Shown: positions 38,571-48,467 of the stretch, piece by piece
Layout of the letters: the number at the start of each line of letters is the position of its first letter
Position numbering within the stretch: the first letter of the stretch is position 1
From: Candidatus Zixiibacteriota bacterium
GTDB lineage: Bacteria; Zixibacteria; MSB-5A5; WJJR01; JAJRUJ01
Assembly (NCBI GenBank): GCA_020051695.1
Contig: JAGVQM010000012.1
Span: 6,361 to 70,360, forward strand
Length of the DNA: 64,000 nucleotides
Direction: 5' to 3'
Program-made: the position numbers and the translations under genes
Notes under the pieces: model-generated
The model's database searches: none
Seen by the model: the letters and a program-made list of their open reading frames with translations, nothing else
Told to the model about the DNA's origin: nothing

Positions 38571-39401
38571 TTATGGGCACGAAATAATCACCGTCGCCTC
38601 GGCGATCAGACTGTCGACTTCCCCGCCTAAATCTTGAATATTCCCGTCATCCCACAAGCGGACAGTATATCCACCGGGCGCCAGACCGGCAACCTGTGCG
38701 GAGACATTGAAATAACACATGCAGCGCAGCCAGGCCGATGACGTATCAGTTTCGGTAAACGTCAGAATGGTACCGTCCTGCTCGAAAGCAAAGGCAAGCA
38801 CCGCACCACAGTTGGCGAACAGGGCATCGTGATAGACCGTGAGCGTATCGCAGTTCGTTTCAAACCGGATATGCCCGCCCCCCGGGACCGTGAGTTCTGC
38901 CTCGCCCAGCAGAAACTCGCGGTTTGCGGTCCACAGCCGGGCGGTGTACGTCCCCGGTCCAATATTTGCCGCTGAGGTCTGCACATTGAAATAGCACAGG
39001 CAATCGCACTCCAACCCGGTATCAGCCTCGATGAAATCCAAAAATTCGCCGTCCTGCCACAATGAGAAGTCGAACAGCGCGCAACATTGGTAAAACGCCG
39101 AATCGTGATATACATATACCGTATCCTGGCCTACAGCAAACCGCACCGTCCCGCCGGGGCCGGCGGTTACGCCCGTTGTTTTCGGCAAGCCACCCAAACA
39201 CCCGCTGCTTTGGACATCGACGATGTAAGGATTCTGTGGGGAGTGGGCCGGACGATAAGTAATTTCGCTGCCGTCGAGACAGCCGCTTTGCCGGGAGGTC
39301 AGGACAGGTTGTCCCGGGCTTGACGTTGAATCGCCACAACTCAACACCAGGGCCGGACAGAGGACTACACACGCGATGTGGAATATATTTTTCACGGTCA
39401 T
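38571..39401 (-). CDS. Cys-rich lipoprotein with a duplicated beta-domain
   Basis: Lipobox LVLS-C; two internal repeats of VYHD...C...F...QDG...E.DT....C.CYFNV.....PG.YT.RLW. Confidence 0.78.
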   Translation of the reverse strand: MTVKNIFHIACVVLCPALVLSCGDSTSSPGQPVLTSRQSGCLDGSEITYRPAHSPQNPYIVDVQSSGCLGGLPKTTGVTAGPGGTVRFAVGQDTVYVYHDSAFYQCCALFDFSLWQDGEFLDFIEADTGLECDCLCYFNVQTSAANIGPGTYTARLWTANREFLLGEAELTVPGGGHIRFETNCDTLTVYHDALFANCGAVLAFAFEQDGTILTFTETDTSSAWLRCMCYFNVSAQVAGLAPGGYTVRLWDDGNIQDLGGEVDSLIAEATVIISCP

Positions 39402-39596
39402 CACCCACCCCCGAATACTGCTCACGTTTTAATTCCTGAGTATTATACAACGCAGACCATCGGCTATTCCATAAGCAAGAGAATCTCTCGGGTGCTGTCG
39501 ATAAAAAACCGGGCAGAGTCGCGGCGCATGTTCCAGCAACGCAATGAAATGACGAACATCGGGGGCGGGGTTGCCCCCCGCCCCACAATCTGCCGA

Positions 39597-40310
39597 CTAC
39601 GACGCCATATCCGGTTTCCAGACCTCCCAGACCTTGCCGACCAGGTCCGGCCCGGGTTTGAGCGTCAACTTACCCGGCTGCCAGCCGGCTGGTGTCGCCT
39701 CACCGGTCTTGCGGACATGCTGGAACGCTTTGATCTGGCGGAGCAATTCGGCGACATTGCGTCCCACCGGCGGGGTCATTACTTCCATCGCCTGCACGAT
39801 ACCATCGGGGTCGATCAAAAACCGGCCACGGATATCGACACCACCCGCTTCGTCGTAAATGCCGTACACCCGGCCAATTTTGCCCCCCGCGTCCGATAAC
39901 ATCGGGAACGGGAACCCGCCTTTGACCATTTTGGAGAGCTCCTCGGCCTGCCAGATCTTGTGGGTAAAGTGAGAATCAGTGCTTGCGGCGAATACTTGTA
40001 CGTCCAGGGCCTTGAATTCATCCTGCTTGGCGGCAACTGCCGACAATTCCGTCGGTCAAACGAAGGTAAAATCACCGGGATAAAAACAAAGGACTATCCA
40101 TTTACCCTTGTAATCAGAGAGTTTGAATGTTCGAAATTTCCCCTCGTAAAAGGCATTCGCTGCAAAATCAGGGGCCGGTTCACCTACTCGAGCGGTCATT
40201 TTCGGCGCCTCCTTTCGCAAAACTTTCGTTTCCTGATCGTCGGTGGTTTCTTCCGCCGGGTCGATTGGCCCAGCGGCCGGTTCAACGCATGATTTTCCTG
40301 GCTCGGTCAT
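39597..40310 (-). CDS. prxU: Selenocysteine-containing peroxiredoxin (AhpC/Prx1 type)
   Basis: Two same-frame track ORFs join across TGA at 40056-40058: [15 protein letters not shown], with U at the peroxidatic Cys position of FTFVCPTE; ATG 40310 with SD AGGAGG. Confidence 0.92.
40040..40058 (-). promoter_or_regulatory. Sec UGA codon and adjacent hairpin (candidate SECIS)
   Basis: UGA followed directly by CCGACG-GAAU-UGUCGG hairpin. Confidence 0.5.
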
Positions 40311-40443
40311 AAAATACCTCCTGTACTCTAATCCCATAAGATGATATGGGAATTTAGGAGATAATTCAAGAGAAAAAGGCGTGGGTGGGAAAACCGGCAC
40401 AGCTTGTCGACCATCCTGAGGGCAGGTTCGTTGAATTGTCCGC

Positions 40444-42306
40444 TTATTCAGCGATTAAATCAGTGCGTTGTGCATCCAATTTGAATTGCAAATCATGTAA
40501 TTTCCTGTACAACCCACCGCTGTGCAGGAGTTCCCCGTGCGAACCGCGCTGGACAATCCGGCCGTTATCGATCACCACGATCTCATCAGCGCGGCGGATC
40601 GTCGATAACCGGTGCGCCACCACCAGGGTCGTCCGGTTGTGCACCAGGTTGTTGATCGCTTTTTGCACTGTTGCTTCGGACTCGGTGTCCAGCGCGCTGG
40701 TGGCTTCATCAAAAATCAGGATTTCAGGGTCCTTCATAATCGCTCGGGCAATCGCCAGCCGCTGCCGCTGCCCGCCGGAAAGCTGCACGCCCCGCGGGCC
40801 GATGACCGTGTCGAAACCATCGGACATCTTTTCCACAAATTCCAGCGCATAGGCCGCCCGGGCCGCGGCTATCAGTTTTTCGCAGCTGCAATCGCGCATG
40901 CCGTACGCAATATTGTGGGTCACCGTATCGTTGAACAGGATTGTCTCCTGGGTCACGATCCCCAGCAGGCGCCGCCAGGAGTCGATCTGGAATTCCTGCA
41001 GGTCCACACCATCGACCAGCACCCGCCCGCTCAGGGGATCGTAAAACCGGGCCAGGATATCGCACAGGGTCGATTTGCCTCCGCCGGAGGGCCCAACCAG
41101 GGCGATCATCTTCCCCCGGGGCAGTTCGAGGTCGATCCCCTGCAATACGGGATATCCCTCACGATAGGCAAAGGAAACATGCTCGAAGACGATGCAGTCA
41201 GCGAACCGGGCAATCGGCCGCGCGCCCGGGCGGTCGGCAATGTCCGGTTTGGTATCGAGGATGCGGAAGATGCGCTCGATCGCGGCGGCTCCCTCCTGGA
41301 TTTTGACGTGCAATCCGGCCAGCGCCTTGACTGGTGTGAGCATGGAAAACATCAGGAAAAAATACGTCATGAACTCATCGGCGGTCAGCGACTCGCCGCC
41401 AAGCACCTGCCGCCCGCCGACATAAAGGATGGCCACACCGGCGGCCGTCCCCAGAAATTCATTGATCGGGGAGTTGAGGATGCGCATGCGCGTCATTTTC
41501 AACATCTCACGGAAAAATGCCTCGGTCCCCCGGCGAAAGCGCGCGACTTCGAAGTCTTTCATCGCAAAGGCCTTGACCACACGGATGCCGGAGATACTTT
41601 CCTCCAGCACCGTGGCCACTTCCGCCATTTTTTCCTGTGACCGTCCGGAATAGTGCCGGATCGCCCGGCCGACCAGCAACAACACCAGCCACGTCGCCGG
41701 CAGGACCAGCAGCGCCAACAAGGTAAGCTGCCAGCTGATCACAAACAGTGAGAAAAACAGAATCAATATGGTCAGCGGATCTTTGACCAGCCGCGTAAAA
41801 CCCAAGTCGAGCATATCGGTCAGCAGACTGACATCGTTGGTCACCCTGCTGATAATTTTTCCCGTATTTGTCCTGCTGAAATACGACAACGATAAGTCAT
41901 GATAGTGGGAAAATAAATCGTTCCGCAGTTGGAAGATCACTTTCTGCTGGACCAGGGCAACGATATAATTGTGGATGTAGAGAAAAATGTTCTTGATCAG
42001 GGACAGCACAATGATCACCCAGCATAATTGGACCAGTGTGGAGTATTGGTCCTCGCGGTGCACCAGCGCGTCAAGCCGGGATTTAACAAACTCCTTGATC
42101 TCCTCCAGGCCCCCGCCGGTTGCCCCCTGGTCGGCCGAGGTGACCGCATCCCAGGAAGCGCCGTTGGCGCCGAACAGGGTATTGACCAGCGGCCCGATCA
42201 TCCAGACCAGAACGGCCGAGAGCAGCACAAAAATCACCGTCGCCGTCACTGAAACAGCCAGCAGGGCCGCGTAGGGCCGGATGTATCGCAAAAATCTAAT
42301 CAGCAT
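40444..42306 (-). CDS. MsbA-like ABC exporter (TMD + NBD)
   Basis: TM helices, [32 protein letters not shown]; adjacent to a GT9 gene. Confidence 0.9.
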   Translation of the reverse strand: MLIRFLRYIRPYAALLAVSVTATVIFVLLSAVLVWMIGPLVNTLFGANGASWDAVTSADQGATGGGLEEIKEFVKSRLDALVHREDQYSTLVQLCWVIIVLSLIKNIFLYIHNYIVALVQQKVIFQLRNDLFSHYHDLSLSYFSRTNTGKIISRVTNDVSLLTDMLDLGFTRLVKDPLTILILFFSLFVISWQLTLLALLVLPATWLVLLLVGRAIRHYSGRSQEKMAEVATVLEESISGIRVVKAFAMKDFEVARFRRGTEAFFREMLKMTRMRILNSPINEFLGTAAGVAILYVGGRQVLGGESLTADEFMTYFFLMFSMLTPVKALAGLHVKIQEGAAAIERIFRILDTKPDIADRPGARPIARFADCIVFEHVSFAYREGYPVLQGIDLELPRGKMIALVGPSGGGKSTLCDILARFYDPLSGRVLVDGVDLQEFQIDSWRRLLGIVTQETILFNDTVTHNIAYGMRDCSCEKLIAAARAAYALEFVEKMSDGFDTVIGPRGVQLSGGQRQRLAIARAIMKDPEILIFDEATSALDTESEATVQKAINNLVHNRTTLVVAHRLSTIRRADEIVVIDNGRIVQRGSHGELLHSGGLYRKLHDLQFKLDAQRTDLIAE

Positions 42307-42328
42307 AATTCCACTTTCCGATAGGCGT

Positions 42329-43456
42329 TCACCTGCGCCGCGGGTCCGCGACGACCGGTTCGGTGGCCGTGCGGTCAACGGCCGTTTCCTCGATCATCCC
42401 GCGCAGGGTATCGACAATCTCAGTCAGCTCCACGGGCTGCGCGGCCTCGTCAAAGGCCCGGTCCAGCGGCCCCAAAGGACGGTATTTGGCGAGATTGGAT
42501 ACGACAAAGATGCCGACGGTCGGCACGCCGCAAGCCGCCGCCAGGTGCATGATACCGTTGTCGTTGGACACATAAGCCGCCGCCACTTGAAAAAGTGAAA
42601 CTAAATCCTCAAATCGCAATTTGCCCGCCACCACGGCCGTCTGCGGCAGGTCCGCGCGGGTGGCCTGCATCATCTCATCCTCGGCAGGTCCCCAGATAAA
42701 AACCGGCCGGGCACCCAATTCTGTCCCAATCCGCCCTGCCAATTCCACAAACCGGCCAAGCGGCCAACGCTTGGGACCACGCCCGCCGGGGTGGATGACA
42801 ACCAGGGGAACATTGGCCGGAATGTTGTGCGAATGCCGGAAATGTGCGCCATAGGAATTGACCCGGGAGACATTCAACGCCGGCCGTGGCGCATCGGAGA
42901 CTTCCGCCAGCGCCCGCAGCAAATCGAGGTGCATCTGCGTGGCATGACGCCCGGGATCACCCGGATTGATGGCCGTCTCCAGCCATCGCGCCGACCCACG
43001 CCGGTTGTAGCCGATACGAAACCGTCCCCCGGAAAACGCGGTGACAATGGCATGGTTGAACGATAGCTCGAGTTCATCCGAGGCATCGAACACCAGTTCG
43101 AATTTTTCTTTTTGCAGCGAACGTACAATACCCCACAATTTGAGCGGATTTCGCGCGTAGGCCTTCTTATCATAGGGAATGCACCTGTCGACTGCGGGCA
43201 GGAAAGCCGCTAACTCCCGGAACCGCTTGGACAACAAACACGAAATCTTCATTCCGGGGAATGCCGTTTTCAGGGAAATTAGCAGCGGCGTCAGCAGAAT
43301 CGTGTTGCCGATTCGGTCATCAAGCCGCACGATGAGGACCTTGCGGATATTCCGTAAATCCGCGGCGGTGGGCGGCCGTCCGGGGCCGGGAGCAAAATAT
43401 GTAATCAGCCGAAAACCCAGGCGCTTGAGTCCGTGCTCGAATCCCTTGAGTCCCAT
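42329..43456 (-). CDS. Glycosyltransferase family 9 (heptosyltransferase-like)
   Basis: RLDDRIGN.IL.TP, IHPGG...KRWP, VSNDNG.MHLAAA.GVPTVGIF. Confidence 0.9.
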   Translation of the reverse strand: MGLKGFEHGLKRLGFRLITYFAPGPGRPPTAADLRNIRKVLIVRLDDRIGNTILLTPLLISLKTAFPGMKISCLLSKRFRELAAFLPAVDRCIPYDKKAYARNPLKLWGIVRSLQKEKFELVFDASDELELSFNHAIVTAFSGGRFRIGYNRRGSARWLETAINPGDPGRHATQMHLDLLRALAEVSDAPRPALNVSRVNSYGAHFRHSHNIPANVPLVVIHPGGRGPKRWPLGRFVELAGRIGTELGARPVFIWGPAEDEMMQATRADLPQTAVVAGKLRFEDLVSLFQVAAAYVSNDNGIMHLAAACGVPTVGIFVVSNLAKYRPLGPLDRAFDEAAQPVELTEIVDTLRGMIEETAVDRTATEPVVADPRRR

Positions 43457-43487
43457 GCGCGGAATGTAACACCGCCGGCCGGATGGG

Positions 43488-44240
43488 TCAATCGGCCAAA
43501 CCGACCAGGCGGCGCAGGCGGGCGGTCTCGGGCTTGCCCAGTTTGCGGAAGGTACCGGGGGCCAGCCGGCCGACATGAAAACCGGCGAAAGAACGCCGGG
43601 ATAGTTGAATTACCGGCGCACCGGCCCAACCCAACAGCCGTTTGACTTCGTGTTTGCGACCTTCGCGGATGTGGACTTCAACAATAATATTCCGCCCACG
43701 CGGTTTGACTACCCGGATTGTCCCGCAGGCAGGGGTCTTGTCCCCCAGATCAACACCGGATTTCGCCTGTCGCACCTTGTCCGCCTGGGGTGCACTCCGG
43801 ACAGCGGCAAGGTAGACGCGCTCGATGCCATACCGGGGATGCTGCAAACGGCGCGATAATTCTCCGTCATTGGTCAAAAGCAGGGCGCCGTCAGTATCAA
43901 AATCCAGCCGGCCGACCGGCTGGACAACCTGTAATTCCGGCGGTAACAGGGAAAATATTGTCGGTTTGCCGCCCTGCCCCCGGCGCGAAACCAGATATCC
44001 CGCCGGTTTATGGAACAAGAACACCTGGTAGGCAGGCGGCGCGAGTCTGCGGCCGTCGACTTTCACAATGTCGGATTGCGGATTAACCGAGGTACCGACG
44101 GTGGTGACCGTATTCCCGTTGACTTCCACTCGTCCCGTGCGGATCAGGTCATCCGCCTTACGCCGTGAGGCCGTTCCGGTCCATGCCAGGTACCGGTTCA
44201 AACGCATCGACTCGTCCATCACCTGCACCACATACCCCAT
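43488..44240 (-). CDS. RluB/RsuA-family rRNA pseudouridine synthase
   Basis: S4 domain (RLNRYLA..G.ASRRKAD), HKPAG, VGRLDFDTDGALLLTNDG, EGRKHEVKR; follows scpAB. Confidence 0.93.
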   Translation of the reverse strand: MGYVVQVMDESMRLNRYLAWTGTASRRKADDLIRTGRVEVNGNTVTTVGTSVNPQSDIVKVDGRRLAPPAYQVFLFHKPAGYLVSRRGQGGKPTIFSLLPPELQVVQPVGRLDFDTDGALLLTNDGELSRRLQHPRYGIERVYLAAVRSAPQADKVRQAKSGVDLGDKTPACGTIRVVKPRGRNIIVEVHIREGRKHEVKRLLGWAGAPVIQLSRRSFAGFHVGRLAPGTFRKLGKPETARLRRLVGLAD

Positions 44241-44306
44241 GCCATGTATAACCGCAAAAGACCAACTGGGGAAGATCAGGAAACCGGCAGCAATCCTCCG
44301 GCCGGC

Positions 44307-45389
44307 TTATTCGACCGGTGAGGTTACCACCTCTTCGGCAGTGCGGAGCAATCGTTCGTGTTCATGTTCGGCCTGGTCGTCGGGCAGCGGGACGTCCATG
44401 TCACTTTCGCTGGTTTCGCGGTCCTCGGAGCCGATTGTTTCCGCCGTTTCCCATTCATCCGCGGCGGACGCTGGAGTATCCCCCTCCGCGGCGGCTGTTC
44501 TTTTGAGGATCAGCCGCTGGGCCGGTGATGCACTCGTTTGTTCAGCAGGTTCGGGCTTAACCTGTTGATCGGCCTCGGCCGAAACCGGCCGGTGATCATC
44601 CTCGGGCGGCACAACTGCTTCCGACATTGGGGTATGATCGTCATCGCCTGCCGTCTCGCTCGCGGCCTGCGGTTCTTCGGCGGTTTCCCGATCGGCCACC
44701 CCTGCGGTCGGGACGGGTTCCGGTTCGCAGACCGTAGCAGATGTTTCATCTGTCGAACTGACGGCGCCGGACTCTTCTGTCTCTTCCGCCGAAGCAAAAT
44801 GCGCCGCCATTCCGGTGGTCAGTTTGATCGGGACCTGCTCTCCCGCCTCGTGCTGTTTCAGCAATTTTTCGAGTTCCTCGATTCGCGGCAACTCCCGTAG
44901 ATGGTTCAAACCGAAATAATAGAGGAATTCTTTGGTTGTGCCGTACATCAGCGGCCGGCCCGGCTTGTCCGAGCGCCCGACAATGGCCACAATTTTCCGT
45001 TCGAGCAGAGTGCGCAGAACCCCCCCCGAATCGACACCGCGGATTTTTTCGATTTCCGGGCCGCTGACCGGCTGCCGATAGGCAATAACCGCCAAAGTCT
45101 CCAGCGCCGGGCTGGACAGCCGTTGTTTTTTCGTTTTGGCCAGCAGACTTTCGATATATTCGGCGTATTCCGGCATCGTACACATCTGGTACCCGCCGGC
45201 AATTTCACGGACCCGGAATGAAGCGCCGGCCTCAACATACCTCTGGTTCAGGGCCGCAAGCGCCCGTTCGATCTCTTCGTTTTTGGTATCTGCCAGAACC
45301 CGGCTGATTGCGCGGAGCGGCAGCGGCTCGGCGGCTGCAAAAAGCAACGCCTCAACAATATTGGTCAATTGCCCGTTATTCATGGTCAT
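44307..45389 (-). CDS. scpB: SMC-Scp complex subunit ScpB with acidic C-terminal extension
   Basis: EALLFAA.EPL, LS..ALETLAVIAYRQPV, IRGVDS, GRP..YGTT..FL.YFGL..L.ELP. Confidence 0.95.
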   Translation of the reverse strand: MTMNNGQLTNIVEALLFAAAEPLPLRAISRVLADTKNEEIERALAALNQRYVEAGASFRVREIAGGYQMCTMPEYAEYIESLLAKTKKQRLSSPALETLAVIAYRQPVSGPEIEKIRGVDSGGVLRTLLERKIVAIVGRSDKPGRPLMYGTTKEFLYYFGLNHLRELPRIEELEKLLKQHEAGEQVPIKLTTGMAAHFASAEETEESGAVSSTDETSATVCEPEPVPTAGVADRETAEEPQAASETAGDDDHTPMSEAVVPPEDDHRPVSAEADQQVKPEPAEQTSASPAQRLILKRTAAAEGDTPASAADEWETAETIGSEDRETSESDMDVPLPDDQAEHEHERLLRTAEEVVTSPVE

Positions 45390-45399
45390 CCCCAAAGGA

Positions 45400-46185
45400 T
45401 TACGCGGCCACCGGATACAGCCAGATATCTGTGAACGGTCCGTTCTGGCGGAGGCCGATTTTCCCCGTGCGCAATAATTCCAACAGGGCAATAAAAGTCA
45501 TCACCAGAATGTTGCGCGTCGGATTGTCATCAAGCAAATCGGCAAAACGGATACCCGTGGAATGTTGCAGGACCGCTTCGACGTACGCTATCCGCTGTTC
45601 GACGGTGACCCGGTCGACGGCGACTTCACAGTAAATTTCCTCCTCGACGCGGTCCAGGACATCCTTGAACGCGCTGAGCAGGTCATACAGCGAGTAATTG
45701 TTCACGAATTCGTCTTTGGTCAGGGAGACCGGATCGACGAGGTCCGAGCGCCCGTAGACGCCACGGTTTTGCGCTTCCCGCTCCCGCAATTCCAGCGAGA
45801 CTTCCTTGTATTTCCGATACTCCAGCAGGGCGCGCACCAGTTCGTCGCGCGGGTCTTCCTCGTCCTCGGCCAACGGGTCCCGGGGCAGGAGCATGCTCGA
45901 CTTGATTCGAATCAATGTCGCGGCGACGACGAGATATTCACCGGCGATTTCCAGATCGAGGGTCTCCATTAAACGCAGGTACTCCAGGTATTGGCCGGTG
46001 ATCCGGGCGATGGGGATGTCGTAAATATCGATTTCGTCTTTTTTGATCAAATAGAGCAACAAATCCAGCGGCCCCTCAAAGACATCGAGTTTAATTGAAT
46101 GCAGACCACCGCCATGGCCGTTCCCGTTTCCATTCCCGTTGCCGTTGCCGCCGGGTTGCAGCGGATGTCCCTGCTCGCTTGTCAT
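45400..46185 (-). CDS. scpA: Segregation/condensation protein A
   Basis: FEGPLDLLLYLI...EIDIYDIPIA.IT.QYL, EYLV.AATLI.IKS.MLLP, TFIALLEL. Confidence 0.95.
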   Translation of the reverse strand: MTSEQGHPLQPGGNGNGNGNGNGHGGGLHSIKLDVFEGPLDLLLYLIKKDEIDIYDIPIARITGQYLEYLRLMETLDLEIAGEYLVVAATLIRIKSSMLLPRDPLAEDEEDPRDELVRALLEYRKYKEVSLELREREAQNRGVYGRSDLVDPVSLTKDEFVNNYSLYDLLSAFKDVLDRVEEEIYCEVAVDRVTVEQRIAYVEAVLQHSTGIRFADLLDDNPTRNILVMTFIALLELLRTGKIGLRQNGPFTDIWLYPVAA

Positions 46186-46400
46186 CGTCGGTGCCCCAAA
46201 ATTGCCCCATCCTGCTTAGTGGTAGGTAATTCGACCCGCCCTAACGCGCAAGCATTAATTGGCACGCCCCCAGCACCGAAATTGACGGGTTTTCGCTGGA
46301 TTATTGTGCATTCGGGGACTCCCAGCCTCCTGTCCCTGAACTTTACTATTGACGCCGCAAGCACTTACCAAGTCGGGTATGTTGTTTGCATTTCCAATGA

Positions 46401-47099
46401 ATGAATGATAATTACGATGCTTGGTGGAGGAGAGTGATGAAAAGTATGAGACGTTTTTTGACGCCAAGGCACCTGACGGGCATGATGCTCGTGACAGTGT
46501 TGCTTGCGATTTTGGCCGCGCCGGCGGACGCCGGGGGACATCGCAAAAAATACTCGTCCGCAAAACGATTGTACACCCAGCGGGGCTTCGCGTTGTCGGT
46601 CGCGCCGGGTCGGATGGGGTATGACGCGGAACTCTGCGGCTTGAACAACCGGCGCCATGCCGGTGGGGCGCAATTTTCGCTGGAGTATGGTTGTTGCCGC
46701 AAACTCTTTTTTTTCGGCGCGTTCTCCGGCGCGACCTATGAGTCGGATACCCAGGAAGACTGGTCGATGGGGTACGTTGATTTCGGCTTGCGTTATTCCT
46801 TCGCCTCGACACCGGACCAGCGGACCAGACCGTATATTTCCGGATCATTCGGACCGGCCATGATGTATTCGGAAGGGGCGTTTGATAATGAATCGGACCA
46901 CGAGTATATTGGCGGCTCGGCGCGCATAGCCGCCGGGATTGATTATTTCCTGTCGCGCAATGTGCTGATGTTTGTTGAGGTGAGCCGTCGGGGCGGGGCT
47001 TTCGATCGCGTGCGGCATTATGGGAAAGACTACAACCTGGCGGACAACCCGGAGTTTAGGGCCTCAGGCTTCCATGTCGGGTTCCGTTTTAGATTATGA
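46401..47099 (+). CDS. Small outer-membrane beta-barrel protein
   Basis: Signal peptide (real start probably near 46437), amphipathic strands GLRYSF, RPYI.GS.G, GIDYFL, HVGFRFRL. Confidence 0.75.
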   Translation: MNDNYDAWWRRVMKSMRRFLTPRHLTGMMLVTVLLAILAAPADAGGHRKKYSSAKRLYTQRGFALSVAPGRMGYDAELCGLNNRRHAGGAQFSLEYGCCRKLFFFGAFSGATYESDTQEDWSMGYVDFGLRYSFASTPDQRTRPYISGSFGPAMMYSEGAFDNESDHEYIGGSARIAAGIDYFLSRNVLMFVEVSRRGGAFDRVRHYGKDYNLADNPEFRASGFHVGFRFRL

Positions 47100-47873
47100 G
47101 TGCGGATGCTGGCCGGAAGGTCGCGGGGCGCACCAGGATTTAATCGCTGCGATCTTCCGGTTGAGACTTAATCCCCGCAAGATGCGAGCGGCAACCTGCA
47201 GGCCACAGGCACGAATAAATGATTCCGACCAGTAATCCGGGTGGGTCAGCATGTAAATGGCCGGCCACCGTTTGTTTCGGATATATTCCACTAATTGCCG
47301 CCCGGACTCGGCCTTGTCCCAGCGGACCCCCAGATCCCGCACATATATGTGATTCGGGTAGCGCTCATCCAACCCTGTGGCCACATCCAATATGCCATTC
47401 CGAGCCAGCAGCCCGGGATCATGAATGAGGATATCACCGTTGGTGAGATATCCCGTTTTCTTCACTCGGGGATCGCCGTGCTGGATGACCGTATCAATGG
47501 TTAACCCGGCATCCCGCAGCTGTTGCACCTCGCGTTCAAACAGGGCGATGGCCGCCGCAAAATCCCCCCGGCAGCGGTCGAGAGTATTGAAATGGTACCC
47601 AATTTCAAAGCCCTCCTCCTGCAATCGTGCCATTGTCGGCAGGTCATAAACCCGGGTATCAACGCGAAAATACAACGAGGACCGAATATTGTGCCGTTTT
47701 TCGATATCCGTGACCGCTAGAGTGCGTTTGAGGTTCCACTCGACGTCGTGGCGCAGGATGAACGGGAATTCCACCGCAGCTTCCCGGATGGCCCGGCGCA
47801 GCGTCAGGACCCGATACCCCGCACCGACCACCGTGCCCAGCAGCCGGTCATACGTACGCAGGGAAAAATCCAT
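47094..47873 (-). CDS. Polysaccharide deacetylase-like protein
   Basis: ILRHDVE, FEIGYH, HG, LTHPDYW motifs. Confidence 0.7.
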   Translation of the reverse strand: MDFSLRTYDRLLGTVVGAGYRVLTLRRAIREAAVEFPFILRHDVEWNLKRTLAVTDIEKRHNIRSSLYFRVDTRVYDLPTMARLQEEGFEIGYHFNTLDRCRGDFAAAIALFEREVQQLRDAGLTIDTVIQHGDPRVKKTGYLTNGDILIHDPGLLARNGILDVATGLDERYPNHIYVRDLGVRWDKAESGRQLVEYIRNKRWPAIYMLTHPDYWSESFIRACGLQVAARILRGLSLNRKIAAIKSWCAPRPSGQHPHS

Positions 47874-47921
47874 GACCAGAGGCCCGCCGGGCGCCGGACA
47901 ACTGCCGTGCCCGGCGGAATT

Positions 47922-48260
47922 CTATTTGAAGCTTTTTATGGCATCATCAAGGGTGTCGAAGACTTCAAACACCGAGGTCAGCTTGGCAATAACCATAATT
48001 TTTTCGATTCGATCGGTGAGGTTGGCCAACCGCAGGTGACCGCCGGCATCGTTGAACTTTTTCCAGTGGTGGATTAAAATCGCGATCCCCGAGGAGTTCA
48101 TCCAGTCGGTCTTCCCCAGATCGAGCACGACTTTCAGTTTATTCCGGCCCAACAGGGCGTACAGTTTTTCATCCAGTTCGCCTGTGTCGATGCCGCCCAT
48201 CAGTTTTCCCGAAGGTTCGATAATGGAGATATCGCCCTTTTCGTATGCATTAACCTTCAT
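47922..48260 (-). CDS. STAS-domain anti-sigma factor antagonist
   Basis: G.LMGG, VVLDL...WMNSSGI (phospho-Ser motif), LRLANL; upstream TTGACA-N18-TATAAG. Confidence 0.92.
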   Translation of the reverse strand: MKVNAYEKGDISIIEPSGKLMGGIDTGELDEKLYALLGRNKLKVVLDLGKTDWMNSSGIAILIHHWKKFNDAGGHLRLANLTDRIEKIMVIAKLTSVFEVFDTLDDAIKSFK

Positions 48261-48467
48261 GCTCAACCTCCGTCTCCTGCACGAATGGCCCGTCCCGGGG
48301 ATCGACCCGCCCGGCGTCTATATACGTATCTTATACCGGTTTAACGGCCGATTTGTCAATCAAAGAATATATTTTTTGCCTTTCGCGGTTTTGCGCCCCT
48401 TACGGGGTCAGGAGTTTCGCCCTGCTGCCGATAATCTGAATACGGACCTGCAGTTAAAGGGGAAGAT

